Source: an uncultured delta proteobacterium
Lineage (GTDB): Bacteria > Desulfobacterota > Zymogenia > Zymogenales > Zymogenaceae
Reading direction: 5' to 3'
Assembly: GCA_963735595.1 (NCBI GenBank)
Contig: CAVTLK010000002.1
Coordinates: 96,001-160,000, forward strand
Length of the DNA: 64,000 nt
Each line of letters opens with the position of its first letter. The first letter of the stretch is position 1. Of this stretch, positions 49,622-60,444 are shown in pieces. The translations under genes and the position numbers were made by a program. A model generated the notes under the pieces. The model was given only the letters and a program-made list of their open reading frames with translations. It searched no databases and was not told where the DNA came from.

Positions 49622-50503
49622 TTACTGCTTCCTGCCCCGGAAGATCAACGGCACCCCGGCGGTGATCCAAAGGCCGATGAGACAATACCGTACGACATGG
49701 GATACCGGTACGTCCGGGAGCAGCATCTTTACGACGATCTTGATCAGAAAAATTACGGCAACACCCGCGACCACTTTGACGATCTGATACCACCAGACCG
49801 ATTTCGGATCAAAGAGGATATATTCCTCCTCGATGATGAAGCCGATTGACATGCCGGTGAGCGTTCCGATCACCCGAACGGCGGTATCGCCGGAATGGAT
49901 GAAGAACATGACCGCGGCAAGAGCGAGAACAAGGACGATCAGGGGGACGGTCTTGGGGCTGATCCCCCGCAACGGGTGGGTCGTGTCGTAGATGAAGTAG
50001 AGCCCCAGAATCACGGCGCCGATAGCCCACCCGCCGGCCACGTCGATGGGCCAGTGGACGCCGAGGTAGAGGCGGGAAATGCCGACGGCGATGATAATGA
50101 TCAAGGCTGCGATCCATGCCCATGCCTTTTTTAACTGCCAGGCGATAGTCCCCCAGAAGACGGTCGCCCCCTGGGAGTGACCGCTCGGGAACGCGTACCC
50201 CCCGCCCGACTCGGGGTAGATTACCCTGACTACGGCGGGATCGGGCCTCGGCGTCTGGAATATTTCTTTCAGAAGGTCGTTGACGTAGGCCGAAAGGAGA
50301 AACAGGACGCCGAGCTTGAAGGCGAACTTTTTATCCACGCACCAGTAGAGGATCGGAACGGCGATCAGGTAAAACTCTTCGTTGCCCAGAAAGGTCACGG
50401 CAACAAAAAACCAATCGAGCACGGGGGCCGCTATTTGTTGAATCCAGAGAATAATGTCGGGACGTGATAGATATTCCATGAAATGGTTCTCCATGAAAGA
50501 CAT
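49622..50503 (-). CDS. PAP2 family membrane phosphatase
   Basis: KEIFQTPRP; FPSGH; SRLYLGVHWPIDV. Confidence 0.92.
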   Translation of the reverse strand: MSFMENHFMEYLSRPDIILWIQQIAAPVLDWFFVAVTFLGNEEFYLIAVPILYWCVDKKFAFKLGVLFLLSAYVNDLLKEIFQTPRPDPAVVRVIYPESGGGYAFPSGHSQGATVFWGTIAWQLKKAWAWIAALIIIIAVGISRLYLGVHWPIDVAGGWAIGAVILGLYFIYDTTHPLRGISPKTVPLIVLVLALAAVMFFIHSGDTAVRVIGTLTGMSIGFIIEEEYILFDPKSVWWYQIVKVVAGVAVIFLIKIVVKMLLPDVPVSHVVRYCLIGLWITAGVPLIFRGRKQ

Positions 50504-50562
50504 AAGAGCTTCTTATACACTGTTTCGGTAGAAACGGCAACGAATTTTTGCGGTAGGAATAG

Positions 50563-51485
50563 TCAGCGGACGCCGAACAGCGAGGTAATATATTCGAAGT
50601 TTGCCGTGATCCGGAGCCGTTTCGTGCCGATTGAAGCGGGGATGGGATTAAAGGGAGAGGCGTACCTCACCGCTTTGATCGCGTACTCATCGAGGATCTG
50701 GTATCCGGATGATCTGATGAGCGTGACGCTCGATACATTTCCGCCGGACTCGATCGTAAATACAAGGGTGAGCCTCCCCCCTCGTCGCGTTTCTGCGCCT
50801 CATAGGGGTAGCTCCATGCCAACTCGATTTGCCGCTTGATGTGGGCGAAATAGGCATAGTACTTAAACTCGGCCGTGTTGAGAGAGACCTCCTCCTCCTC
50901 GGTGACTCCCGGAGCGGTCGTACCAAACGGCTGATCGAGCCGTCCCGAGCCGCTACGGCCCGTCGTCAGGTCCTCAACGGTAAGGCGCTCCTTGTCGGGG
51001 CGGGGAACCGATTCATCCGGCTTGATGGCCGGTTCCGGGCGCGTCTGTTTTCTGGCGACGAGCCGATCATCGACCGCCGGTTTATCGCTATTCTCATTCT
51101 TGTCGGGTTGGTCGGGTTTGGCCGGCGGAGAGAGGACCGCGCCCGGCGGTTGCGGGGCGCCGCCGCCGAGCGGCGTCCCGCGTCGAACGGTCTCGCGATC
51201 TACCAGCCGGTTCTTGTCGGAAAGCCGGGGGGAATCCACTTCCCTGTCGGTCTCGTTTTTCTGGGGGAAGTCGTTGAACTCGTAGGATTGGTTATCCCGA
51301 TCTTCGGCGAGTTCGATCACGAGGGGTTTGTCCGGCTTTGAGGCTGTGTCGATCGTGAGGAGGGAGAAGAGCCCCAGCAGGATGACATGAAAGAGGACAG
51401 AGCATACCAGAAAGACCTCGGCCCTCCTGGCCGAATCCTTTCGTTCTCGTTTCTTTTTAAGAGAATACTCCGATTCGGTAACCAT
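50563..51485 (-). CDS. Energy transducer TonB family protein (frameshift at about 50785)
   Basis: SVLFH TM motif; Pro-rich linker; YFAHIKRQIELAWSYP; other frame continues LVFTI...SSGYQILDEYAIKAVRYASPF. Confidence 0.82.
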
Positions 51486-51520
51486 TACAGCCGCCACCGC
51501 TTTAAAAATCCACACATTTT

Positions 51521-51549
51521 ATTATACGTGAAGGGTGCCGCGGTGTCAA
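51521..51549 (-). promoter_or_regulatory. Perfect-consensus sigma70 promoter for the tonB-PAP2-sugar-his gene run
   Basis: - strand TTGACA-N17-TATAAT. Confidence 0.8.
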
Positions 51550-51575
51550 CGGCAAAGCCCCCGTCCGATCTGTCC

Positions 51576-51604
51576 TTGACAACCGACGGCGCATCCTCTA
51601 CAAT
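51576..51604 (+). promoter_or_regulatory. Sigma70 promoter for the sirtuin gene (divergent)
   Basis: TTGACA-N17-TACAAT. Confidence 0.75.
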
Positions 51605-51718
51605 CAAAAACATCGGGACGGCGATAGGGAGGGGTGTGCAGCGTGCCTTATACAGGTGCGGGAATGATCGTGATGGCCCTGACGGCCGGCCTTTCGGACG
51701 GCGCGGCAGTGAACAGAG

Positions 51719-52492
51719 GTGAACGGCATGTTTGAGCGGATCCGCCGCTGTGCGCAGTTGATCTACTTTTCGAAAAATACGCTCGCCCTGACCGGGGCGG
51801 GAGTGTCCACGGAAAGCGGTATCCCCGATTTCCGGAGCGACAAGAGCCTGCTCTGGGAGCGGATTCACGCGTACCGGTTTATGCCCATCGATGCGTATCG
51901 AGACGGCGTGGATAATTATATCGGGATGTTCTGGCGCTACTGGTTTCCCCTCCTGCTGCCGATGATACATGCCAGGCCCAACATAAACCATCACTTTTTG
52001 GCGCGCCTGTCGGCACTGGACCTCCTTTCGACCGTCATTACCCAGAACACCGACGGGCTCCACGGCAAGGCCGGCAGCGCGGATGTCCTCGAGATCCACG
52101 GAAACATCCGCGGCGGCCGCTGTTTTTCCTGCGGGGCGGCCTGTAGTATGGACTATATCATGGGCGAGATCCAGGCGGCGCGCATACCGCCGGCATGCGC
52201 CGAATGTGGAGGGATCGTGGGGCCCGATATCGTGTTTGCCTTCGAGCGGACGCCCGATTACGACAGGGCGCTGGAACGCGCGCGGCGCGCCCAACTCCTG
52301 CTCGTGTTGGGCTCGTCACTCCTGGTTGATCACGTCAAGGAGGTCGTCCTGGGCGCGATTACCAACGGCGCACACCTGATCATCATAAACAACCAGCCCA
52401 CCCCATTTGACGACGCGGCCGACGTGGTGATCCACGAGCGCCTCTCTCAAGTCACTAGGACGTTGTGGGAGACGATGGAGTGCTATCTTTAG
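51719..52492 (+). CDS. Sir2-family NAD-dependent deacylase
   Basis: TGAGVSTESGIPDFR; TQNTDGLH; EIHG; CxxC..CxxC; GSSL. Confidence 0.88.
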   Translation: MNGMFERIRRCAQLIYFSKNTLALTGAGVSTESGIPDFRSDKSLLWERIHAYRFMPIDAYRDGVDNYIGMFWRYWFPLLLPMIHARPNINHHFLARLSALDLLSTVITQNTDGLHGKAGSADVLEIHGNIRGGRCFSCGAACSMDYIMGEIQAARIPPACAECGGIVGPDIVFAFERTPDYDRALERARRAQLLLVLGSSLLVDHVKEVVLGAITNGAHLIIINNQPTPFDDAADVVIHERLSQVTRTLWETMECYL

Positions 52493-52626
52493 TCGATCCC
52501 GCCGCCCGGAAACGGACGGTGCTATAATAATATACGGCGGCTTGCCGTGATCCGAGATTTCGAGCCTGCCGGTAGCAGGCAGCGTACGCGGAGACGGTGC
52601 CGCGAAAATCCTGAGACGGGTATGAC

Positions 52627-53355
52627 ATGGTTGATTTAAGAGAAACGGTCTCGTACTACCTCTTCTCGAAACACGCCGTTAAGGAAGACCTTAGACAGGT
52701 AATCCGCTGGCCGCTGACCATGTTGCTCAACCACCTGATCTTCCCCCGCCGCTCCTGGTACGCCGCGGCTGCCCGGGGCACGATCATCAATGCAATCAAC
52801 GGGAGGGCACGGGTCGCACTCGTCTATAAAGACGTGGAGGCCTCCTCCTACCGCGAGCTTCGTCTCGGGAAGGACTCCGTCATCGAGGAAGGGACGACGA
52901 TCCTGGGCGAATTGACGCTCGGGGACCTTGCAGTTATCGGGAGGCGGGTATCGATCGAGGGTCCGGTGACCCTCGGGTACGGCGCTTCGATCCGGGAGGG
53001 GTGTATAGCCATCAGCCATACCACCTTCGAAGACTGGGTGGGGATATCGTCCAACGTCCATTTCATCACCTTCACCCACGACATCGGCGACGTTACGCGG
53101 CGGGTGGGGAAGATAAAATTCAAACCGATCCTGGTCCGTGCCGGAACCTGGATCGGAACCCGGACGACGGTGCTTCCGGGCGTAACGATCGGGGTGGGGT
53201 GCGTTATCGGGGCCGGATCGCTGGTGACCAGGGATATCCCGGATAACTCGCTTGCCGTAGGCCGCCCCGCCCAGGTGATACGAAAGCTCGGCCCCGGCCC
53301 CGGCGGCGGCCTGCCGCCCGAGTTGGAGAAATCATGGAGATGGGAAAAGTGGTAG
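52627..53355 (+). CDS. Hexapeptide-repeat acyltransferase (maltose O-acetyltransferase-like)
   Basis: TFTH; WIGTRTTVLPGVTIG; IGAGSLVTRDIP; GRPA. Confidence 0.85.
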   Translation: MVDLRETVSYYLFSKHAVKEDLRQVIRWPLTMLLNHLIFPRRSWYAAAARGTIINAINGRARVALVYKDVEASSYRELRLGKDSVIEEGTTILGELTLGDLAVIGRRVSIEGPVTLGYGASIREGCIAISHTTFEDWVGISSNVHFITFTHDIGDVTRRVGKIKFKPILVRAGTWIGTRTTVLPGVTIGVGCVIGAGSLVTRDIPDNSLAVGRPAQVIRKLGPGPGGGLPPELEKSWRWEKW

Positions 53356-53440
53356 GGACGATGCGCGATTATCACGGCGCACGGCGGCAACGCCGGCGGT
53401 GTTCGGGCCCGCGGGCGCGGGGATGGGTTAATACGGGACT

Positions 53441-54298
53441 ATGAAAGATACAACCGGGAAAACCCCGGTCCTCCCCGGCGATACGGCGAAGGACGGCGGG
53501 CTCGACAAAAAGATCGCGGAGGCCCGGAAGATGCTGGCCCGTCTCCGGAGGGTGGTCGTCGCTTTTTCCGGGGGGGTGGACAGCACGCTGCTGCTCGCAC
53601 TGGCTGCAGACGTCCTGGGCACGGAAAACGTCCTTGCAGCCGTCGGGATCTCGCCGAGCATACCCGACCGGGAACGTGAAGAGGCCCGGCGGCTTGCGAA
53701 GACGGCGGGCGTGGAACTGATCGAATTCGAGTCGCGCGAGTTTGACGACCCCAATTTTACCCGAAATCCCGTGGACCGCTGTTACCACTGCAAGAGCGCC
53801 CTGTTCGCCCAAATATGGATGATCGCGCGGGAGCGCGGCTTTGTATCGGTCATCAGCGGGGCGAACGCCGACGACCCGGGCGACTACCGGCCGGGCCTCG
53901 ATGCGGGGATGAGGGCGGGGGTCGTAAATCCCCTCATGGAGGCCGGACTCACCAAAGCCGACATCAGGGCCGCGTCCCGGATCATGGGGCTTGTCACATG
54001 GGATAAACCGGCGATGGCCTGCCTTGCCAGCCGCATTCCGTATAACAGCCCGATCACGCCCGAGCGCCTTGCCCGGGTCGGGCGGGCGGAGGATGCGCTG
54101 CGCGGACTCGGGTTTGGGGAGTGCCGTGTCAGGGATTACGAGACGCTCGCGCGCATCGAGGTGCCGCGAGACTCCCTGGAGCGGGCCGTTCTGGAGCGGG
54201 AGGCGATCGTCTCGTCGCTCAAGGCGCTCGGGTACGTCTACGTTACGCTGGATCTGGCGGGCCTGAGAAGCGGATCGATGAACGAGGTCCTCCGGTAG
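53441..54298 (+). CDS. larE: ATP-dependent sulfur transferase LarE
   Basis: AFSGGVDS PP-loop; NPVDRCYHCK; DYRPG; ACLASRIPY; RVR. Confidence 0.92.
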   Translation: MKDTTGKTPVLPGDTAKDGGLDKKIAEARKMLARLRRVVVAFSGGVDSTLLLALAADVLGTENVLAAVGISPSIPDREREEARRLAKTAGVELIEFESREFDDPNFTRNPVDRCYHCKSALFAQIWMIARERGFVSVISGANADDPGDYRPGLDAGMRAGVVNPLMEAGLTKADIRAASRIMGLVTWDKPAMACLASRIPYNSPITPERLARVGRAEDALRGLGFGECRVRDYETLARIEVPRDSLERAVLEREAIVSSLKALGYVYVTLDLAGLRSGSMNEVLR

Positions 54299-54787
54299 GA
54301 GGGCCGAACTGCCGCCTGTCGTTCGGGGCCGACCCCGGGTCCAAAAACCCGCGACTTTGACCGCTTCCTCACGACGTCAGGCTCGTTTCATACATCTCTC
54401 ACGTGTTATATAATCAAGCGCGCAAAGGAAGCCTTCATGACCCTTGGCGTATATCCGCTTCATGGGTGCCGGGTTGCGGGCTCCCATGGCCGTGTGTTGG
54501 TATACCCTATCTGCCCGTCTCGAATATTTCAACCTTCTTGCTTGTCAAGTGCCACGTTCGATGGTATTATTAGTCAATCGTATTCCGGTCGCCAGCGAAC
54601 GCGAATCTGCATGAGCAAAAGGACACGATCCCATTCCGGGTACGCTTTTCCCCCCGGCGGGCCCGACCGCCTGTAGACGCAGGCGCCGCGGCTTCGCGCG
54701 CATGAACGGCGGGTATGCCGGGGCGTCCCTTCTGTGTTGAGACCCGTACGGCAGCCGGATTCGGCTTGCCGAGAAGGGAGGCATCAG

Positions 54788-55807
54788 ATGCAGGAGCTGC
54801 AGGATACAGCCGAGCACGCGAGCACCATCCTGGTTGCCGATGACGAACCGAACGTCCGTGATGTCATCAGACTCATGCTTGCCGAAGAAGGGCACCGGCT
54901 GGTCTTTGCGGAAAACGGGGCGGAGGCCTTTGAAAAGGCGTACGAACTGGTCCCCGACCTGATCCTCCTGGACGTCATGATGCCGAAGATGGACGGCTAC
55001 GAGGTATGCCGGAAGCTTCGCAGCGAGCCGACGATTGCCCAGGTGCCGATTATCATGATCACCGCCCTCGGGGATACCGCATCACGAATACGCGGCATCA
55101 ACAGCGGGGCCGACGACTTCATATCGAAACCGTTTGACTTCGCCGAACTCACGGCCAAGATACGAAATATCATCAGGCTCAACCGTTTTCGCCAGATCCT
55201 CACCGAGCGGGAGAACCTCAAGCGCGCCCATATCGACCTACAAAAGGCCTATGACGCCACCCTCGAGGGTTGGGCGAACGCCCTCGAATTGAGGGACTCC
55301 GAGACCCAGGGACATTCGGTGCGCGTTACCCAGAAGACGCTGGAGCTGGCCCGGGTGATGGGCATTACGGACGGCGATCTCGACCACGTTCGCCGAGGCG
55401 CCCTGCTGCACGATATCGGAAAGATGGGGATCCCGGATGCCGTTCTCCAAAAGCCCGGCCCACTCACCGCCGAAGAATGGACGGTGATGAAAAGACATCC
55501 CGAATACGCCTACCGGCTCCTGTCTCCGATAGACTACCTTCGGCCCGCCCTGGATATCCCTTATTGTCACCATGAACGGTGGGATGGAACGGGTTACCCA
55601 CGGGGGCTGAAGGGGGAAGATATCCCGCTGTCGGCCCGTATCTTTACGGTGGTGGACGTATATGACGCGCTGGGCACCGACCGGCCCTACCGCCCGGCCT
55701 TCTCGATGGATAAAATCAACGCGTATCTTACGGACAACGCCGGGTCTCATTTCGACCCCGGGGTCCTGGAGGCGTTCAACCGAATGATCAGTCGTGACGG
55801 TTCGTGA
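54788..55807 (+). CDS. Response regulator with HD-GYP phosphodiesterase domain (RpfG-like)
   Basis: REC domain (LLDVMMP); LHDIGK; HHERWDGTGYP; DRPYR. Confidence 0.93.
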   Translation: MQELQDTAEHASTILVADDEPNVRDVIRLMLAEEGHRLVFAENGAEAFEKAYELVPDLILLDVMMPKMDGYEVCRKLRSEPTIAQVPIIMITALGDTASRIRGINSGADDFISKPFDFAELTAKIRNIIRLNRFRQILTERENLKRAHIDLQKAYDATLEGWANALELRDSETQGHSVRVTQKTLELARVMGITDGDLDHVRRGALLHDIGKMGIPDAVLQKPGPLTAEEWTVMKRHPEYAYRLLSPIDYLRPALDIPYCHHERWDGTGYPRGLKGEDIPLSARIFTVVDVYDALGTDRPYRPAFSMDKINAYLTDNAGSHFDPGVLEAFNRMISRDGS

Positions 55808-55922
55808 TATACTCCCGGCTCCGCCGTATCTCCCACCGACCGATTTATCGTGCCGTTCTATAACCGTAACGCGGGCCGTGACGCGGGCCGGGAAAAGGGA
55901 CGGGCGCCGGGATTTCGATGCA

Positions 55923-56732
55923 TCACGTGTTTAGCGACCGTAAGGGAGCCTTGAGCGCCGAGACAAGGCGGCCGACCTCTCTCAACAACTCCTCCCGATT
56001 ACCGCCGTTTCGTTCGATAACGCTCACAAGGGCGCTTCCTACCACCACCCCGTCGGCTACCGCGCCGACCCGGCGGGCCGTTTGAGGATCTGCTATCCCG
56101 AAACCCACCGTCACGGGCAGATCAGTTATGTTCCTGATTGCCGCTATCCGCTCCTCCATGTCGCCGGGCAGGGTATCCCTCGCCCCGGTCACCCCCGTTA
56201 CTGATATGTAGTAGAGAAACCCCGAGGCCCCCTTGACGACCCTTTGAAGGCGCGCTCCGGCGCTTACCGGAGAGATCAGATTGATAAAATCGATACCCGC
56301 CCGATCGGTATATCGCCGCAACTCGCCGGCCTCCTCAAACGGGAGATCGACCACGAGGATGCCGTCCACCCCCGCCCGACGGGCACGGTCGGAAAACCGC
56401 GCGACCCCATACTTCATGAACGGATTGAAATACCCGAAAAGGACAAGCGGGATCGAGAGGCGCGGCCTGAGCCGTTCGACCATATCGAGGATAGCGTCGA
56501 GCGTTGTCCCGTTTCGGAGTGAGCGCATCGAGGCCCGTTGGATCGTGGGTCCGTCGGCCGTAGGATCGGAAAAGGGAACCCCGATCTCAATGATATCGGC
56601 GCCCGCCTGCTGGACGGCCACGAGAAGCTCGCCGGTTGCATCGAGGCTCGGGTCGCCGGCAGTGAGGTATGCTACCAGCGCCCTGTGGCCGTCGGCCCGT
56701 ATAGCCCGGAACGCGTCGCTGATTCTGCTCAT
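55923..56732 (-). CDS. trpA: Tryptophan synthase alpha
   Basis: [27 protein letters not shown]. Confidence 0.97.
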   Translation of the reverse strand: MSRISDAFRAIRADGHRALVAYLTAGDPSLDATGELLVAVQQAGADIIEIGVPFSDPTADGPTIQRASMRSLRNGTTLDAILDMVERLRPRLSIPLVLFGYFNPFMKYGVARFSDRARRAGVDGILVVDLPFEEAGELRRYTDRAGIDFINLISPVSAGARLQRVVKGASGFLYYISVTGVTGARDTLPGDMEERIAAIRNITDLPVTVGFGIADPQTARRVGAVADGVVVGSALVSVIERNGGNREELLREVGRLVSALKAPLRSLNT

Positions 56733-57925
56733 TTGAGTGAAACCTCCATGAGGGAGGCGATCGTGTTGATGTCCTTATCGCCTCTCCCCGACAGGTTGAC
56801 GATGATATCTCCCTTCTTGCCGATACCCTGCGCAATGTTAATTGCCGCGGCCACGGCGTGGGCGCTTTCCAGCGCGGGGATGATTCCCTCCAGCTGCGTC
56901 AGCGTATGAAACGCCTCGATGGCCGCCTCGTCGTCAACGGCCTGGTATGAGACCCGCCCGCTGTCGGCAAGCAGGCTGTGTTCCGGTCCAACCCCCGGGT
57001 AGTCAAGGCCGGCGGAAATGGAGTGGGTTTCGGTAATCTGGCCGTGTTCATCCTGCAGCACGTAGGTCTTGGCGCCGTGCAGGACTCCCTGGCTGCCGCC
57101 GCAGATCGACGCGGCATGCCGAGATGACTCAATGCCGTCGCCGGCGGCCTCGACGCCGACCATGGCGACGGTGTCATCACCCAGGAACGGATAGAAAAGC
57201 CCCATAGCGTTAGACCCTCCTCCGACACACGCCACCAGACAATCGGGCAGCCGGCCGATGGCCTGCCTGATCTGGCGTTTGGCCTCACGCCCGATGACGG
57301 CCTGGAAATCCCGCACCATCATTGGATAGGGGTGCGGACCGGCCACGGTGCCGATAACGTAAAAAGTGTCCCGGACGGTGCCGACCCAGTCCCGCATGGC
57401 CTCGTTCATTGCGTCCTTTAGGGTCGCCGATCCCGAATCGACGGGCCGAACGTTCGCCCCCAATAGTTTCATGCGAAATACGTTGAGGGATTGGCGATCG
57501 ATATCGGTCGTTCCCATAAATATCTCGCACGACATTCCGAAGAGGGCCGCCACCGTGGCGGTGGCGACCCCATGCTGGCCGGCCCCCGTCTCCGCAATAA
57601 GGCGTGACTTCCCCATCCGGCGCGCGAGGATTGCCTGACCCAGCGTGTTGTTGATCTTGTGGGCGCCCGTATGGCAGAGATCCTCCCGTTTGAGCCAGAT
57701 GCGCGCCCCGCCCGTGTGTTCCGTGAGGCGACGGGCGAGCCAGAGGGGGGTGGGCCTGCCCGCGTATCGGGTCAGGTAGGGGCCGATTTCGGAAAACAGT
57801 CCCCTCTCCCGTTTCTCGTGCCTGTAGGACTGTTCAAGCTCGATCAGGGCGGGCATCAGGGTTTCCGCGACGTACCTGCCCCCGTATTTCCCGAAATGAC
57901 CGTTGACGTCGGGATTTCTCGTCAT
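56729..57925 (-). CDS. trpB: Tryptophan synthase beta
   Basis: [36 protein letters not shown]. Confidence 0.98.
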   Translation of the reverse strand: MTRNPDVNGHFGKYGGRYVAETLMPALIELEQSYRHEKRERGLFSEIGPYLTRYAGRPTPLWLARRLTEHTGGARIWLKREDLCHTGAHKINNTLGQAILARRMGKSRLIAETGAGQHGVATATVAALFGMSCEIFMGTTDIDRQSLNVFRMKLLGANVRPVDSGSATLKDAMNEAMRDWVGTVRDTFYVIGTVAGPHPYPMMVRDFQAVIGREAKRQIRQAIGRLPDCLVACVGGGSNAMGLFYPFLGDDTVAMVGVEAAGDGIESSRHAASICGGSQGVLHGAKTYVLQDEHGQITETHSISAGLDYPGVGPEHSLLADSGRVSYQAVDDEAAIEAFHTLTQLEGIIPALESAHAVAAAINIAQGIGKKGDIIVNLSGRGDKDINTIASLMEVSLK

Positions 57926-58554
57926 GGGTTATGACCTCCATGGCGCCGAATCACCTGGATGAAGCGGCGCATCTTGATATGATCCTTGATACCCGGACTT
58001 TGCTCCACCCCCGAGGCTACGTCCACCCCGAAGGGCTGAAAATGACCCAGCGCATCGGCGACGTTCTCGGGGGTCAGGCCGCCGGCGATGATAATCCGGC
58101 ACGGGCCGATACCGCCGTCAAGCAAGTCCCAGTCGAACGGTATGCCGGTGCCGCCGTAGGAACCGGGGACACATGTATCCAGCACGAACGTGGTGGCGGC
58201 CGGGAAGGCGGCAAGCCTTCGGAGGTCTTCCCTCTGCCTGACGCGGACGGCCCTGATGACGGGAAACGGGACCCCGGCCAGGAAATCCGCCGGTTCATCT
58301 CCGGAAAGCTGCACTGCCGAGAGGCCGCATAGCGAAACCGTTTCGACGATAGACTTCTCGTCCCGGTTTACGAAGACGCCGACCCGCCCGAGAAACGGGG
58401 AGAGCTTCCGGCAGATCGCCCGGGCGTCTTCGGGGGAGATAGAGCGGGGACTTTCGGGATGAAAGACGAAACCGAGGGCGTCGGCCCCGAGCTTTTCCGC
58501 GGCCAGGGCGTCGGTGCAATTGGTTATACCGCATATCTTTATACGCACGGGCAT
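57922..58554 (-). CDS. trpF: Phosphoribosylanthranilate isomerase
   Basis: [27 protein letters not shown] at 58554 after GGAGG. Confidence 0.95.
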   Translation of the reverse strand: MPVRIKICGITNCTDALAAEKLGADALGFVFHPESPRSISPEDARAICRKLSPFLGRVGVFVNRDEKSIVETVSLCGLSAVQLSGDEPADFLAGVPFPVIRAVRVRQREDLRRLAAFPAATTFVLDTCVPGSYGGTGIPFDWDLLDGGIGPCRIIIAGGLTPENVADALGHFQPFGVDVASGVEQSPGIKDHIKMRRFIQVIRRHGGHNP

Positions 58555-58577
58555 GGCTGCCTCCTCATGATCGGCCG

Positions 58578-59402
58578 TCAGATTGTTTTCCCGGCCAGCG
58601 CCCGCATTGCGCGGCCCATATCGCCGATATCCGGTACCTGCATCAGGGCCTGGCCGACCAGGAAACAACGGATGCCGACCCGCATATAGCCGTCGATATC
58701 GGCCCGGGACCGGATTCCGCTCATGGCGACCGCCGTGACGCCCTGCGGGACAAGCCTGCCCAGGCGCGCGGCCGTGCCCCGATCGACCGCCAGCGTTTCG
58801 AGGTTTCGGTTATTTATCCCGATCAGATCCGCTCCCGACGCAAGCGCCGTTTCAAGCTCGTATTCGTTATTCACTTCCACGAGGGCGTCCAATCCCACGT
58901 CACGGGCCGTCCCCACGAGATCGACCAGGAGGGGGCGATCAACAATCTTGACGATGATCAGCAGGGCGTCGGCCCCCATTACCCTGGATTCATATACCTG
59001 ATAGGGGTCCACGATAAAGTCTTTTCTTAAAAGCGGCAGGCTTGCCGAGCGACGGGCCTGCCCCAGGTACGCGGGGTCCCCGAAGAAGAAGTCGGGCTCG
59101 GTCAGGACGGAAAGGGCGGCAGCGCCGTTTTCGGCAAGACAACGGGCCAGATCGGCAGGGGTAAAGTCGTTCCTGATAACACCCCGCGAAGGGCTGCCCT
59201 TTTTCAACTCCGCTATGACCGCCACGTCCGGTCCGGCGGGGGAAACGGAGGTTAAAAATCCCCTCGTTGGTTCCAGGTCACCTATTCGGCTCAGGAAGTC
59301 GCGCGTGGCAGTCCGCCGCCGGGCGTCCCGGATGCTGCGCCGCCGGCCTTCTACGATCCGCTGCAGGATCGGACCAGAGTCTGTTGAGTGAGTTGTGCTC
59401 AT
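58578..59402 (-). CDS. trpC: Indole-3-glycerol phosphate synthase
   Basis: IAELKKGSPS; LSVLTE; LRKDFI; GINNRNL. Confidence 0.95.
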   Translation of the reverse strand: MSTTHSTDSGPILQRIVEGRRRSIRDARRRTATRDFLSRIGDLEPTRGFLTSVSPAGPDVAVIAELKKGSPSRGVIRNDFTPADLARCLAENGAAALSVLTEPDFFFGDPAYLGQARRSASLPLLRKDFIVDPYQVYESRVMGADALLIIVKIVDRPLLVDLVGTARDVGLDALVEVNNEYELETALASGADLIGINNRNLETLAVDRGTAARLGRLVPQGVTAVAMSGIRSRADIDGYMRVGIRCFLVGQALMQVPDIGDMGRAMRALAGKTI

Positions 59403-59421
59403 TGGTACGTATCTCCCGCCG

Positions 59422-60444
59422 TCAATTGGCATCGGTCGTGATTTCGCGTAAGGCACAGAGCTTCCGGTAGGCGGCCCCGCTGTCGATTGACTCTTCCGCC
59501 TTGACGAGCCCCTCCTCGAACCCTTCGCTCAGCCCGCTGACCAGGAGGGCCGCGGCGGCGTTAAGCAGCATCACGTCCCGTTTTGGACCGCGCAAACCCC
59601 TGAGCAGGTCTTCGACTATCCGGGCGTTTTCGACGGGCGTGCCGCCCATGAGCTCCTCAATGCGCGACGTCCCTATCCCGTACAGTCCGGGTTCTATGAC
59701 CGTCTCGTCGATCGCCCCGTTATGAACGTATGAGATAGTGGTGGGCCCGGTGGTCGTGATCTCGTCCAGCCCGCTCCCGTGGACGATCATTGCCCGCTTT
59801 GTCCCGAGCATGATGAGCGCTTCGGCCATTACGCGGCACAGGGCGGGGTCGTAGACCCCCAACAGCTGGACGTCTGCCCCGGCCGGGTTGGTGAGGGGAC
59901 CCAGGATATTAAAGATCGTGCGAAAACCCAGCTGCTTACGCGGTTCGCTCACGTGCTTCATGGCGGAATGCAGCTGCGGTGCAAATAGAAACCCGATGCC
60001 GATTTCCTCGATACACCTCTGGACCAGAGCCGGCCCGGCGGTGATATCTACGCCGAGGGCCTCCAGGACATCGGCGCTGCCCGATTTGCTCGATACCCCC
60101 CGATTGCCGTGCTTTGCCACCACGGCGCCTGCGCCGGCCGCCACGAAGGCCGCTGCCGTTGAGATGTTGAACGTCTGGCTTCGGTCGCCCCCGGTCCCGC
60201 AGGTATCCAGCAGCGCGTTGCCGTTGGGCAGGCGCGGCGTTATCCTGACGGCTTTTTTTCTCATGGTGGACGCGGCGCCGGCGATTTCCTCGACCGTCTC
60301 GCCCTTCAGGCGGAGCCCGGTCACGAACGCGCCGATCTGGGCCTGCGAGGCCTGGCCGGTCATGATACACTCCATGGCCGTCTCCATCTCCTCAAAGGTG
60401 AGGTCCGTGGCATCGGCCACCTTCTGCAAAAGGGATCTAATCAT
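59422..60444 (-). CDS. trpD: Anthranilate phosphoribosyltransferase
   Basis: DTCGTGGD; FNIST; KHGNR; GSADVLE. Confidence 0.97.
   Translation of the reverse strand: MIRSLLQKVADATDLTFEEMETAMECIMTGQASQAQIGAFVTGLRLKGETVEEIAGAASTMRKKAVRITPRLPNGNALLDTCGTGGDRSQTFNISTAAAFVAAGAGAVVAKHGNRGVSSKSGSADVLEALGVDITAGPALVQRCIEEIGIGFLFAPQLHSAMKHVSEPRKQLGFRTIFNILGPLTNPAGADVQLLGVYDPALCRVMAEALIMLGTKRAMIVHGSGLDEITTTGPTTISYVHNGAIDETVIEPGLYGIGTSRIEELMGGTPVENARIVEDLLRGLRGPKRDVMLLNAAAALLVSGLSEGFEEGLVKAEESIDSGAAYRKLCALREITTDAN

Noticed and set aside
51719..52492. Sir2 as an anti-phage NADase (Thoeris/DSR)
   Set aside because: It has the Zn-binding classical deacylase architecture, host-like GC and no defence neighbours
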